From Nitrospinales bacterium (lineage in GTDB: Bacteria > Nitrospinota > Nitrospinia > Nitrospinales > VA-1), in assembly GCA_965262115.1 (NCBI GenBank), contig OZ253496.1:1315175-1347174 (forward strand): DNA of 32,000 nucleotides, in the 5' to 3' direction. Both the position numbers and the translations under genes were made by a program. Shown here in pieces: positions 23,632-32,000 of this stretch (position 1 is its first letter; each line of letters opens with the position of its first letter). Below the pieces are notes generated by a model. The model had not been told where the DNA came from, did not search any database, and saw only the letters and a program-made list of their open reading frames with translations.

Positions 23632-23741
23632 ACTATTATTCTACAGCATTTCAAGAGGCTCACAAAACAAGTTTATTGTCACCGGGATTATCCCCGTTTG
23701 ATATAATTTTCAAAACGGATAAGAACTCTATCGACCTCGAC

Positions 23742-24131
23742 ATGACACCTCTGGCTCATATAACAGAAAATATATTTAAACTGAGAAAAAAAGACCGCGT
23801 CATCGGATTCTACCTCTATGACAAATTTGATGAATCTATTGCCCGAATTGATGCGGTATTGGTCGACAGCCAAATCTATCATAGCTACTACATGGTCATA
23901 AACCTGGGAGGCTTTCTGCAAGTAAGGGGAAAGGTTGTGGTTCTTCCTGTTGAAATCTGCGAGGTGAAGGATTTAGGAAAAGTAAAAACCGAGTGGCGGA
24001 AAGAGTCCATGCTGGGGGCGCCAACTCCCATCAATATCATGAGTATGACAACTGTGGAAGAAGAATTGATACGTGATTATTATGGCCTGCCACTGCAAAG
24101 ACCCATTCCCTCAAAAAATCAGGAAAAATGA
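23742..24131 (+). CDS. PRC-barrel-like domain protein
   Basis: KDRVIGFYLYDKFDESIARIDAVLVDSQIYHSYYMVINLGGFLQVRGKVVVLPVE fits the PRC-barrel pattern. ATG 23742 is preferred (TATAAT at 23702-23707 upstream). The ORF track starts at TTG 23676. Confidence 0.55.
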   Translation: MTPLAHITENIFKLRKKDRVIGFYLYDKFDESIARIDAVLVDSQIYHSYYMVINLGGFLQVRGKVVVLPVEICEVKDLGKVKTEWRKESMLGAPTPINIMSMTTVEEELIRDYYGLPLQRPIPSKNQEK

Positions 24132-24150
24132 TGGCAATTTAATTCGGGAA

Positions 24151-25236
24151 TCAATTCTCAAGCCGCTTCAGCAGTCGGTGCACTCCCTCATGGACATCTT
24201 TCACCGTAATATCTTCAAGACAATAAGGCTTGTAAAGGGGAGAAGGTTTACACTCTTTAAAAAATTTCTGTTTACAGGGGGAACAGGAAAAATTCCGTGT
24301 CACCATTTCCTGCTTTTCCACGGCCATATAAGGGCCAGTCGATTCCGGGCTTCCCGGCCCAAAAATTCCCAGGACCGGAACCCCGACCATTGCCGCAAGG
24401 TGCATCATTCCACTGTCATTGCCAATGAACAGCTGGCTTTTTCGTAACAGTCCTGTCAAAACCCTTAAATTAACCGGAGGAATGATCTTGATCGTTTCTG
24501 ATTGGCCAAAGTTTCTGATCCGATTCAGCAATTCCGATTCTTTTTCCGTACCCAAAAGAACCACCCGTTTGCCGTCCTCTTTAATCAGTTTCTGGCACAA
24601 GATACCGAATCTCTCGACATGCCAACTCCGCTCCACTTGCGACGTCCCCGGATGCAGGGTAAGAAAGTCCTCATCCTCATCCATACCCATACCCAGCAGT
24701 ACTTCCCGAGTTGTGATATCTCCTTCCTGTAAAATAAGCGGAGCAAAATCACGGTCGGGAGTATCCAGTTTCAGGGATGAAAGGATTTTAAAATAATATT
24801 CAACACGGTATTGTGCTTTTTTTAAATGCGCTGTTGTGGCAACAGGATGAGTGAGCAGAATATCCCTTCCCTCAGTGTTATAACCCAATCGGCATCTCGC
24901 TCCTGTCAGGCTTAAAAGAAACGCCGAACCAAAGGAATTGGGAAATACCGCTCCAACATCAAAATTATACTTTCTCAAGTCGCGGACAAAGCTAACTCTT
25001 TGCCAAAAACCAATTTCCGGTCCAGAAGGCAAAGTTAAAACCGTATCAATGGCAGGGTGTCCGAGAAGCAATTCGTTGGAAGGAGATTTTGCGACCACAG
25101 AAATGCGGGCCACGGGGTAAGCACGACGCAAGGATTGTATTACCGGTAGCGTCAACACCACATCGCCTATCCAGTTGGGCATCCACAACAAAAAACTTTG
25201 GATATCCTGACTGTGAAGGAGGCGTGTCATGTCCAT
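24151..25236 (-). CDS. GT9 ADP-heptose:LPS heptosyltransferase (WaaF/RfaF-like)
   Basis: 361 aa. MPNWIGDVVLTLPVIQSLRRAYP and GNDSGMMHLAAMVGVPVLGIFGP are present. Confidence 0.85.
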   Translation of the reverse strand: MDMTRLLHSQDIQSFLLWMPNWIGDVVLTLPVIQSLRRAYPVARISVVAKSPSNELLLGHPAIDTVLTLPSGPEIGFWQRVSFVRDLRKYNFDVGAVFPNSFGSAFLLSLTGARCRLGYNTEGRDILLTHPVATTAHLKKAQYRVEYYFKILSSLKLDTPDRDFAPLILQEGDITTREVLLGMGMDEDEDFLTLHPGTSQVERSWHVERFGILCQKLIKEDGKRVVLLGTEKESELLNRIRNFGQSETIKIIPPVNLRVLTGLLRKSQLFIGNDSGMMHLAAMVGVPVLGIFGPGSPESTGPYMAVEKQEMVTRNFSCSPCKQKFFKECKPSPLYKPYCLEDITVKDVHEGVHRLLKRLEN

Positions 25237-25260
25237 AACCCCGGCTATTAAGTGGGCGGT

Positions 25261-26514
25261 TTACTTAACTCTTTTTATTCGGGCACCCAGGTTAGAAAGC
25301 TTTTTTTCCATGCTCACATATCCGCGGTCAATATGGTAAACACGTGAAATGACAGACTGGCCTTTGGCCGCCAGAGCCGCCAGCACCAGTGAAGCACTGG
25401 CTCTAAGATCGGTAGCCATCAAAGGAGCACCCGAAAGGTTTTGCACCCCATTGATGATCGCTGTATGCCCATCCAGCGTAATATCAGCTCCCATCCTTTT
25501 TAATTCCGCAACATGCATAAACCGATTCTCGAATACGGTCTCCATGATAATACTCTGTCCGCGCGACAAAGTCATCAACGCCATGAACTGGGCCTGTATG
25601 TCAGTAGGGAATCCCGGAAAAGGATGAGTCCTGGCATTGACGGCAGTCAAGGGGCGACCACCCCGGACTCGAATCGAGGAGCCATCGACTTCCACATCAA
25701 CCTGAGCCTCCTGAAGTTTGAGGGTGATGGGTTCCACATGTTGTGGAATACAATTCTCAATCAATACTTCTCCCCGGGTGATAGCGGCCGCGATCATGTA
25801 AGTACCGGCCTCAATGCGATCAGGAAAAATTTGGCACTCGATCGGCTTTAACGATGAGACCCCTTGAATGGTGATCATATCGTTGCCTTGACCCTCAATT
25901 TTTGCTCCGGCCTGATTCAAAATATCCGCAAGGAATACAACCTCGGGCTCCTTGGCCGCATTTTCCAGAATGGTTTCCCCTCCCGCTAGAGATGCCGCCA
26001 TCATCAGGTTCGCGGTACCCGTTACCGAAACCGTATCAAAATAGAATTGAGTGCCCTTAAGACCATCGACGGCTCCGTGCACATAACCTTGTTCCAGCCA
26101 GACCTTCGCCCCCATTGCTTCCAATCCTTTAATATGGAGATCAATAGGTCGTGCTCCTATGGCACACCCGCCGGGCAGGGAAACCCGGGCCCGGCCTAAC
26201 TTGGCCAACAAGGGTCCCAGAACCAGACAGGAAGCGCGCATCGTAGAAACCAGATCATAGGGTGCTTCCGGGTTGTCTGCGGCAGACGTGTCCAAAACAA
26301 TTTTTTCACCGCGATTGCTTTCAACCTCTGCTCCCAAATCTTTAAGAAGCTGAATCATGGTGGCCACATCGCTAACTTTTGGAACCCCTTCAATAACATT
26401 CCGCCCGCGGGTCAGAAGCGTTGCCGCCAGTACAGGAAGAACCGCGTTCTTGGCTCCGCTGATCTTAACAGTGCCCTCTAAAGGCCGACCGCCCTCTATA
26501 ACAATCTTATCCAT
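25261..26514 (-). CDS. murA: UDP-N-acetylglucosamine 1-carboxyvinyltransferase
   Basis: 417 aa. KISGAKNAVLPVLAATLL, PGGCAIGARPIDLH and full-length collinearity with MurA. Confidence 0.95.
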   Translation of the reverse strand: MDKIVIEGGRPLEGTVKISGAKNAVLPVLAATLLTRGRNVIEGVPKVSDVATMIQLLKDLGAEVESNRGEKIVLDTSAADNPEAPYDLVSTMRASCLVLGPLLAKLGRARVSLPGGCAIGARPIDLHIKGLEAMGAKVWLEQGYVHGAVDGLKGTQFYFDTVSVTGTANLMMAASLAGGETILENAAKEPEVVFLADILNQAGAKIEGQGNDMITIQGVSSLKPIECQIFPDRIEAGTYMIAAAITRGEVLIENCIPQHVEPITLKLQEAQVDVEVDGSSIRVRGGRPLTAVNARTHPFPGFPTDIQAQFMALMTLSRGQSIIMETVFENRFMHVAELKRMGADITLDGHTAIINGVQNLSGAPLMATDLRASASLVLAALAAKGQSVISRVYHIDRGYVSMEKKLSNLGARIKRVK

Positions 26515-27349
26515 TCAGAGTCCTCGCCAACACCACTCTGTCATAACCGGAGTAATCCTGAACCACCTGAATGTCCTGATAGCTGCCTTCCATTAAAGCG
26601 ACCACGACTGCGGCTTGGGTGTGCCCGACCTCCAATGCCAGCAAACCATTTTCTTCCAGTTTTTCCCATGCCATCGGAACGATGAAGCGGTAATAGTCCA
26701 AACCATCTCTGCCTCCATCCAAAGCCTCGATCGGTTCAAATTGCCGAACCTCGGGCATACACTTTGACACGTTTTCCGATTCAATATAGGGAGGGTTGGA
26801 AACAATAAGGTGATACGGCCCTTGCCAGTCGACCTTCATAAGATCACCGGATACAAAGCGGACCTGATCTACCACAGCATGCCGCAAGGCATTTTTCCTG
26901 GCGACCTGTAAGTCCGACTTTTCAATCGCCGTGATTTGGCTTTGGGGAATTTCTTTTGCTAAAACAATCGCGAGAATTCCTGACCCGGTACCAAGATCCA
27001 AAATTTTAACCGGTGATGTTTTCGAAAATGCTTTCAAACATTGTTCAACCAGGATTTCTGTTTCCGGCCGGGGTGTCAGAACTTTTTCATTCACTGCAAA
27101 CTCGAGCGACCAGAATTCTTGAACTCCAGTAATGTGAGAAACCGGCTCGCGCAGAACTCTTCTCTCGATTCTTGAACAAAAATTTTTCGCCTCGATGCGG
27201 TTCAATATCCGTTCAGGATACGTCATCAATTCCGTTCGCGAGATATCAAGGCTCTGTGCCATCAAGACTTCGGCATCCAACCAGGGCGATGCCACCCCTG
27301 AAAGTTTGCGCTGAGCCCAAGCGAGAAAAGAGATGAGGGTTTGGTCCAT
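26507..27349 (-). CDS. prmC: release-factor glutamine N5-methyltransferase
   Basis: DLGTGSGILAI and VSNPPYI are present. ATG 27349 is preceded by GAGGAG (6-nt spacer). The ORF track's GTG 27373 is an alternative. The stop overlaps the murA ATG. Confidence 0.88.
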   Translation of the reverse strand: MDQTLISFLAWAQRKLSGVASPWLDAEVLMAQSLDISRTELMTYPERILNRIEAKNFCSRIERRVLREPVSHITGVQEFWSLEFAVNEKVLTPRPETEILVEQCLKAFSKTSPVKILDLGTGSGILAIVLAKEIPQSQITAIEKSDLQVARKNALRHAVVDQVRFVSGDLMKVDWQGPYHLIVSNPPYIESENVSKCMPEVRQFEPIEALDGGRDGLDYYRFIVPMAWEKLEENGLLALEVGHTQAAVVVALMEGSYQDIQVVQDYSGYDRVVLARTLNG

Positions 27350-27374
27350 TTTTATCTCCTCAAGAACCTCCACC

Positions 27375-28439
27375 TTATTCTCCTTTCAGAGCTTGCGTCT
27401 GGAAGTGAAGCGTTAACGCATCAAGAATCTCAACGAGGTCTCCCTCCATCACTAAAGACAGCTTATGCAGGGTTAGACCGATTCTATGGTCGGTCACTCG
27501 CTCCTGAGGGTAATTATAGGTGCGAATGCGTCCACTACGGTCACCGGTACCCACCTGCTGCTTGCGGTCACTGGCCATGGATTCCTGCTGCTTTCTTTGT
27601 TCCTCATCATATAACCGGGCTCTTAAAACTTTCATGGCTTTTTCCCGGTTCTTATGTTGTGATTTTTCATCCTGACAGGTCACTATCATTCCGGTAGGGA
27701 TGTAAGTCAAGCGGACCGCCGAATCTGTCGTGTTGACACTCTGTCCACCCGGCCCGGATGAACGGTAGACATCGATTTTTATATCCGCCGGATTAATTTT
27801 GATATCCACGTCCTCCACCTCTGGCAAAACCGCAACTGTCACCGCAGAGGTATGAATGCGTCCCTGACTTTCTGTATCCGGAACCCGTTGCACCCGATGA
27901 GTGCCTCCTTCATATTTCAGTTTGCTATAAACCCCTTTTCCCGAAATGCTGAAAATGATTTCTTTGAATCCGCCTTTGCCAGTCAGGCTGGAACTTAAAA
28001 TTTCCACCGGCCATTTTTTCTCCTCGGCGTATCTCGAATACATGCGGAACAAGTCGTTTGAAAAAAGTGCCGCCTCTTCGCCCCCTGTACCGGCACGAAT
28101 CTCCACGATAACGTTGCGTTCATCGCGGGGATCTTTAGGAAGCAAAAGAATTTTTAGATCCTCTACCGCTTTCTGCTTTTGAGTCTCCAGATCAGCCATG
28201 TCTTCCTGGGCCATTTCCATCAACTCCGGATCTTGCTCTTCATCCAGGATTTTTTTACTCTCTTCCAACTGTCGGCTGATCTTCTGCCACTCTTGAAACC
28301 GGTGGACGATGGGACTCAGTTCAGATTGCTCCCGGGCATACTTCTGGAACTCGGACTGCTGGGAAATGATTTTGGGATCACTGAGCAACTGGTTAAGATC
28401 GTTAGAACGTTTCTCAACCGATTTCAACTTATCAAACAT
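27375..28439 (-). CDS. prfA: peptide chain release factor 1
   Basis: 354 aa. [17 protein letters not shown] (RF1-type P-x-T) and [16 protein letters not shown] (GGQ) are present. Confidence 0.95.
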   Translation of the reverse strand: MFDKLKSVEKRSNDLNQLLSDPKIISQQSEFQKYAREQSELSPIVHRFQEWQKISRQLEESKKILDEEQDPELMEMAQEDMADLETQKQKAVEDLKILLLPKDPRDERNVIVEIRAGTGGEEAALFSNDLFRMYSRYAEEKKWPVEILSSSLTGKGGFKEIIFSISGKGVYSKLKYEGGTHRVQRVPDTESQGRIHTSAVTVAVLPEVEDVDIKINPADIKIDVYRSSGPGGQSVNTTDSAVRLTYIPTGMIVTCQDEKSQHKNREKAMKVLRARLYDEEQRKQQESMASDRKQQVGTGDRSGRIRTYNYPQERVTDHRIGLTLHKLSLVMEGDLVEILDALTLHFQTQALKGE

Positions 28440-28498
28440 GGGTGGTTTCTAGAAAATCCCGGGAGGGATCCGGAGAAGGAAAAAGAAGACAAACGCGC

Positions 28499-28735
28499 TT
28501 ATTGGTGACTGGGTGATTCTTGGTTGCCGGCAGGCTTCGCCTTGGCGTATTTGCGTTTGAATTTTTCAATGCGACCAGCAGTATCCATGAGCTTCTGTTT
28601 TCCCGTGAAAAAGGGATGACATGTGGAACAAATCTCCACATGAAGGTCTTTCAGAGTTGTACGGGTCTGCACATCGCTTCCACATGCACACCGCACCAAG
28701 GTCTCATAATATTCAGGATGAATACTGTCTTTCAT
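28499..28735 (-). CDS. rpmE: 50S ribosomal protein L31
   Basis: MKDSIHPEY...CACG...[13 protein letters not shown], with a basic C-terminal extension. Confidence 0.93.
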   Translation of the reverse strand: MKDSIHPEYYETLVRCACGSDVQTRTTLKDLHVEICSTCHPFFTGKQKLMDTAGRIEKFKRKYAKAKPAGNQESPSHQ

Positions 28736-28745
28736 TATCTCACCG

Positions 28746-30005
28746 TCAGGAGTTCATAGTCGCCATAAATTCGGCATTGGTTTTGGTTTCTTTAATCTTC
28801 TGTAAGAGAAGATCCATCGTATCATGGATGCCCATAGGGAGCAAAACTTTTCTCAATAACCAGACACGCTGGAGGTCTTCTTCGGGCAACAGAAGCTCTT
28901 CTTTTCGGGTTCCAGAGCGGTTGATATCGATCGAAGGAAAGGTTCTCTTGTCTGCCAGTTTGCGATCGAGAACAATTTCCAGGTTACCCGTTCCTTTAAA
29001 TTCTTCGAAAATAACGTCGTCCATGCGGCTTCCCGTGTCAATAAGCGCTGTAGCGATGATGGTCAGGCTTCCGCCTTCCTCCAGATTTCGGGCCGCACCA
29101 AAAAATCGCTTGGGCCTCTGCAGGGCATTGGAATCCACACCACCCGACAAGACCTTGCCGCTGGGAGGAACAATGGCGTTGTAAGCTCGTGCCAAACGGG
29201 TGATGCTGTCAAGCAGAATGACCACATCTCGCTTGTGCTCTACGAGCCGTTTGGCTTTTTCAATGACCATTTCAGCAACCTGCACATGCCTTTGCGCCGG
29301 CTCGTCAAAAGTGGAACTGATGACCTCGCCCTTAACGGAACGTTCCATATCAGTCACTTCTTCCGGACGCTCGTCAATGAGCAAAACAATCAATGCGATT
29401 TCCGGGAAATTGGTACTGATGCTGTTGGCAATGGACTGCAGCAACATGGTTTTTCCGGTTCTCGGAGGGGCCACGATCAACCCGCGCTGGCCCTTGCCGA
29501 TGGGGGTCATCAGGTCCATGACCCGGGCACTATAGTCTTTGCCACCTGGCGTCTCCAGCCGGATCCGCTCTTCGGGATACAACGGCGTCAGGTTGTCGAA
29601 TAAAATTTTGTCCTTGGTCCTATCCGGATTCTCAAAGTTGATCGCCTCCACCTTCAACAGGGCGAAATAACGCTCGCTGTCTTTGGGCGGACGAATCTGC
29701 CCGGAAATGGTATCACCGGTACGCATATCAAATTTGCGAATCTGCGAGGGCGACACATAAATATCATCAGGACCCGGAAGATAGTTGTAAGTCGGCGCCC
29801 GCAGGAAACCAAACCCATCGGGGAGAATTTCCAGCACCCCCTGTCCAAACATCAGACCATCCTTTTCAGTCTTGGCTTCCAGAATCCTGAAAATCAGGTC
29901 CTGTTTTCTAAGCCCGCTATGGCCCTGAATCTTCAGATCCTTGGCGATATTGGTGAGTTCGGATATGGTTTTAGACTTGAGTTCTTCTATGTTCATCTGG
30001 GTCAT
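28746..30005 (-). CDS. rho: transcription termination factor Rho
   Basis: 419 aa. N-terminal [19 protein letters not shown]-binding DGFGFLR, and Walker A APPRTGKT. Confidence 0.95.
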   Translation of the reverse strand: MTQMNIEELKSKTISELTNIAKDLKIQGHSGLRKQDLIFRILEAKTEKDGLMFGQGVLEILPDGFGFLRAPTYNYLPGPDDIYVSPSQIRKFDMRTGDTISGQIRPPKDSERYFALLKVEAINFENPDRTKDKILFDNLTPLYPEERIRLETPGGKDYSARVMDLMTPIGKGQRGLIVAPPRTGKTMLLQSIANSISTNFPEIALIVLLIDERPEEVTDMERSVKGEVISSTFDEPAQRHVQVAEMVIEKAKRLVEHKRDVVILLDSITRLARAYNAIVPPSGKVLSGGVDSNALQRPKRFFGAARNLEEGGSLTIIATALIDTGSRMDDVIFEEFKGTGNLEIVLDRKLADKRTFPSIDINRSGTRKEELLLPEEDLQRVWLLRKVLLPMGIHDTMDLLLQKIKETKTNAEFMATMNS

Positions 30006-30515
30006 GGTTTGTGGCTTCGTTGAGGGAGATTAGGAATGCTTGTCTCGTAAATAGTTACGCCCTTGGAATGATGCTCAGGTTCAAAGACGGGGAAGATTCA
30101 ATAATAGTTGGGTGTTTTATAAGATTGCAGAGTTTGTTCTATGATTAACGGCGAAAGCACGAAAAAATTTAGCTGGATAATTAATTGGTTTTATCAGGGA
30201 TTTTGTCTTGGGAGCTTTCGGGGCTTATCCACTGTATCCAGTTCTCTACTTTTTGTCAACTTCTTTTATCCGCAAATTTCTATCCCCTCGGGGCGACCCA
30301 TATTGCGGACTTCCAGCCCTTCCAAAACGCAAGTCAGATATTAGCAAACCTGATCGAGGTGGCATGGGAGGTCCAAACAAAGCAGCTGACTGGGGTTTTT
30401 ACTACCCTATATTTTCGTTTTTTATTCGTCTTGCATGTCCGCTAACAATTATTCCTATATGGCTAGCGCCACCATGCCAGGCTCAGTGGGTAATAGCCTC
30501 TTAAAAAATTATCCA

Positions 30516-30876
30516 ATGCCTGAATCATCAAAATCATTGCTTATATCTTCAAAAGAGTTTGAACCGGCTTACATGAAATTGTTCCGTACCGGCGAGTTGT
30601 ACCGCCGGTCCCGGCAGGCTCTGCGCCATCTGGAAAACTGCAAGGTGTGTCCGAGAGATTGCGAAGTCAATCGCCTTGAAGATATCGATACGGGTGTCTG
30701 GGGAGATTTTCCGGGTCAGATAGGCCATGCTCCGTATCCTCCCTTTCCCCGAAATAGTGAGCGAGAAAAAATATGGCGAGATCAACCGTCGCCCCACTTC
30801 CAGCGAGATAGTCACTGCCAAGACCACCGCCTGCCAAAAAGGCCTGCACCGCTTCGACCAGCGCTCGCCAGCATGA
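30516..30876 (+). pseudogene. PflX-like (COG1313-type) radical SAM enzyme remnant lacking its catalytic core
   Basis: The N-terminal ~60 codons (frame of 30516), PAYMKLFRTGELYRRSRQALRHLENCKVCPRDCEVNRLEDIDTG, match the family N-terminus. From 30724 in another frame, EIVSEKKYGEINRRPTSSEIVTAKTTACQKGLHRFDQRSPA* matches the family C-terminus. The GSGTIFF...CxxxCxxC core in between is absent. ORF 30435..31013 in the track is a frame chimera. Confidence 0.5.
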
Positions 30877-31006
30877 CGCTGGCCGGGCCTCGCCGGGTGG
30901 AAGCCTTTAAACCGCTGCCAACCATTCATCTCGGCTTGATGAACCATTGCCTTGCCTCCCCTGCTAAGCGGTGTAGCCACCGCTTGGAAATTGCAATGGC
31001 CCTTTA
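30874..31006 (+). repeat. dispersed repeat, long copy R1
   Basis: It starts at the TGA of the PflX-like remnant. TGACGCTGGCCGGGCCTCGCCGGGTGGAAGCCTTT (30874-30908) is near-identical to 31605-31640. AGCCACCGCTTGGAAATTGCAATG (30974-30997) matches 31666-31689 at 19/24. Nested complementary pairs are GGTGG/CCACC, ACCGC/GCGGT and TTCATC/GATGAA. Confidence 0.7.
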
Positions 31007-31179
31007 CTGCTAGCAGCCCCGCGTTCTCGGCTCAACAGCCTATTGCTGTCTGCCCTCACGGCGAGTGATGGGTTGACTCTGCGGAGTCAACAAGGCAAAA
31101 TAGCCGTTGATAGAATCTCCCTGAAAACCGGATTCACTTCTCTCCAAAAATTTATTCTTAACCCAGTAAGGATGTATTC

Positions 31180-31599
31180 ATGGCAAACAAGACAAAGAGC
31201 AAACGAGACGACACCAGCCAGTGCGAAAAATGCCTTCCGGCTTATTGTTGTAATTATTTTGCGTTTGGAATTGATGAACCTGAGGACCGGCGTGAGTATG
31301 AAAGTTTATTGTGGAAGCTCGCGCACGAAAATGTTTCTATTTATATCTATCGAAAAGACTGGTACATCATGATCCACAACCGCTGCAATTTTTTAATGCC
31401 GGATAACAAGTGCGCTATCTACGAGCACCGGCCTTATATGTGCCGCGAACACAGTACGGAATCATGCGAATACACTGGCGACGATTACGGCTTCACCGAG
31501 CACTTCAAGAGTTATGACGACCTTTTGATTTATATCAAGGAAAATACCAACTTCAGGTTTAAGCAGGGACCCACAGGAGTGCCGCCAAACTGCTTGTAA
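31180..31599 (+). CDS. YkgJ-family cysteine-cluster protein (CxxCxxCC / UPF0153 type)
   Basis: 139 aa. CEKCLPAYCC and NRCNFLMPDNKCAIYEHRPYMCREH are present. AAGGA lies upstream. Confidence 0.8.
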   Translation: MANKTKSKRDDTSQCEKCLPAYCCNYFAFGIDEPEDRREYESLLWKLAHENVSIYIYRKDWYIMIHNRCNFLMPDNKCAIYEHRPYMCREHSTESCEYTGDDYGFTEHFKSYDDLLIYIKENTNFRFKQGPTGVPPNCL

Positions 31600-31604
31600 T
31601 CAGC

Positions 31605-31700
31605 TGACGTTGTCCGGGCCTCGCCCGGGGTGGAAGCCTTCTACTGCGGGCAATCGTGGGGGGTCAGCCACCGCGGGCAGGTTGCAATGTGTTGATCTTA
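31605..31700 (+). repeat. dispersed repeat, shorter copy R2
   Basis: It starts 6 nt after the ykgJ-family stop. TGACGTTGTCCGGGCCTCGCCCGGGGTGGAAGCCTT is followed by ...AGCCACCGCGGGCAGGTTGCAATG. The 2-nt indel relative to R1 lengthens the CCGGG/CCCGG hairpin. Confidence 0.7.
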
Positions 31701-31796
31701 CCCCTTCTACCCGTTCCGGGCATAAAGTCAGTGGAGAAATATCACAGGCTCATGAAATTTATGGAAGGGATATCACAGCCCGGCGCCAAGTGGGGA

Positions 31797-32000
31797 TTAC
31801 TTCTTTTCTTTGGGCTTGTCTTTTTTAGCGGTTGCTTTTTTGGCCGTTCCTTTTTTGGGTTCGGCTTTCTTTTTATCCGTCACTTTTGGTTGGGTGTCTT
31901 TCGCTGCTTTTTTCGGCGCGGCTTTGGCAGGAGGCTTTACCTCGCCTTCGCGGTCTACCAGCTCGATAAAGGCCATGGGCGCATCATCTCCCTTGCGGTG
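31797..32000 (-). CDS. 3' end of a gene truncated by the window edge; protein with a Lys/Ala/Pro-rich basic tail
   Basis: An open frame runs from the window edge: HRKGDDAPMAFIELVDREGEVKPPAKAAPKKAAKDTQPKVTDKKKAEPKKGTAKKATAKKDKPKEKK*, with stop TAA at 31797-31799. Family not identifiable from 67 aa. Confidence 0.55.
   Translation of the reverse strand, partial: HRKGDDAPMAFIELVDREGEVKPPAKAAPKKAAKDTQPKVTDKKKAEPKKGTAKKATAKKDKPKEKK

Noticed and set aside
30667-30849. Minus-strand ORF with GSGATVDLAIFF...HYFGERED, superficially like the radical SAM GSGTIFF / HFGEE motifs, suggesting an inverted segment.
   Set aside because: The motif order is the reverse of that in the protein family, so an inversion does not explain it. 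The plus strand of the same DNA encodes the convincing PflX-like C-terminus.
30874-31700. R1/R2 as integron attC sites flanking a ykgJ cassette.
   Set aside because: No RYYYAAC / GTTRRRY core pair and no overall inverse symmetry were found in either copy. No intI gene lies in the window.
31610-31828. 72-aa ORF after the ykgJ-family gene.
   Set aside because: It has a non-ATG start and spans repeat R2. The R1 and R2 copies differ by indels that would change the frame, so the conservation is at the nucleotide or structure level, not the protein level.

Overview
This 32-kb window looks like the chromosome of a Gram-negative-type bacterium with roughly 45-50% G+C (hand estimate). Most of it is housekeeping: crcB-DUF190, tRNA-Arg(UCU), a GYD protein, an ArnT-like GT39, csp, hflX, uvrD/pcrA, hemH-hemE, queG, an HDAC-family deacetylase and envelope glycosyltransferases. 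The conserved operon rho-rpmE-prfA-prmC-murA-GT9 heptosyltransferase lies on the minus strand. Four things are not explained by ordinary gene content. (1) A ~1.1-kb AT-rich insertion sits in the 3' end of hflX, bounded by a perfect 45-bp direct repeat that regenerates the HflX C-terminus. Its only gene encodes a protein with two tandem GIY-YIG nuclease domains, and its right end carries a diverged hflX 3' pseudo-copy. No integrase or transposase is present. (2) An orphan B12-binding radical SAM enzyme of the RiPP-maturase type sits with a PNPOx-like flavoprotein and a 60-aa basic ORF, with no recognisable precursor. (3) Damaged genes are unusually dense: in-frame TAG in uvrD, in-frame TGA in a GT2 glycosyltransferase, TGA plus frameshift in a pentapeptide-repeat gene, a CobW C-terminal fragment, an internally deleted PflX-like radical SAM gene, and a possible TrmH-like relic. 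(4) A dispersed intergenic repeat family (GC hairpin + CAAATTGCAAT + CTTTA) is present, and two longer copies start at or just after the stop codons flanking a ykgJ-family gene. No CRISPR array, rRNA, transposase or integrase gene was seen. All family assignments come from motif recognition by eye, not from database searches.
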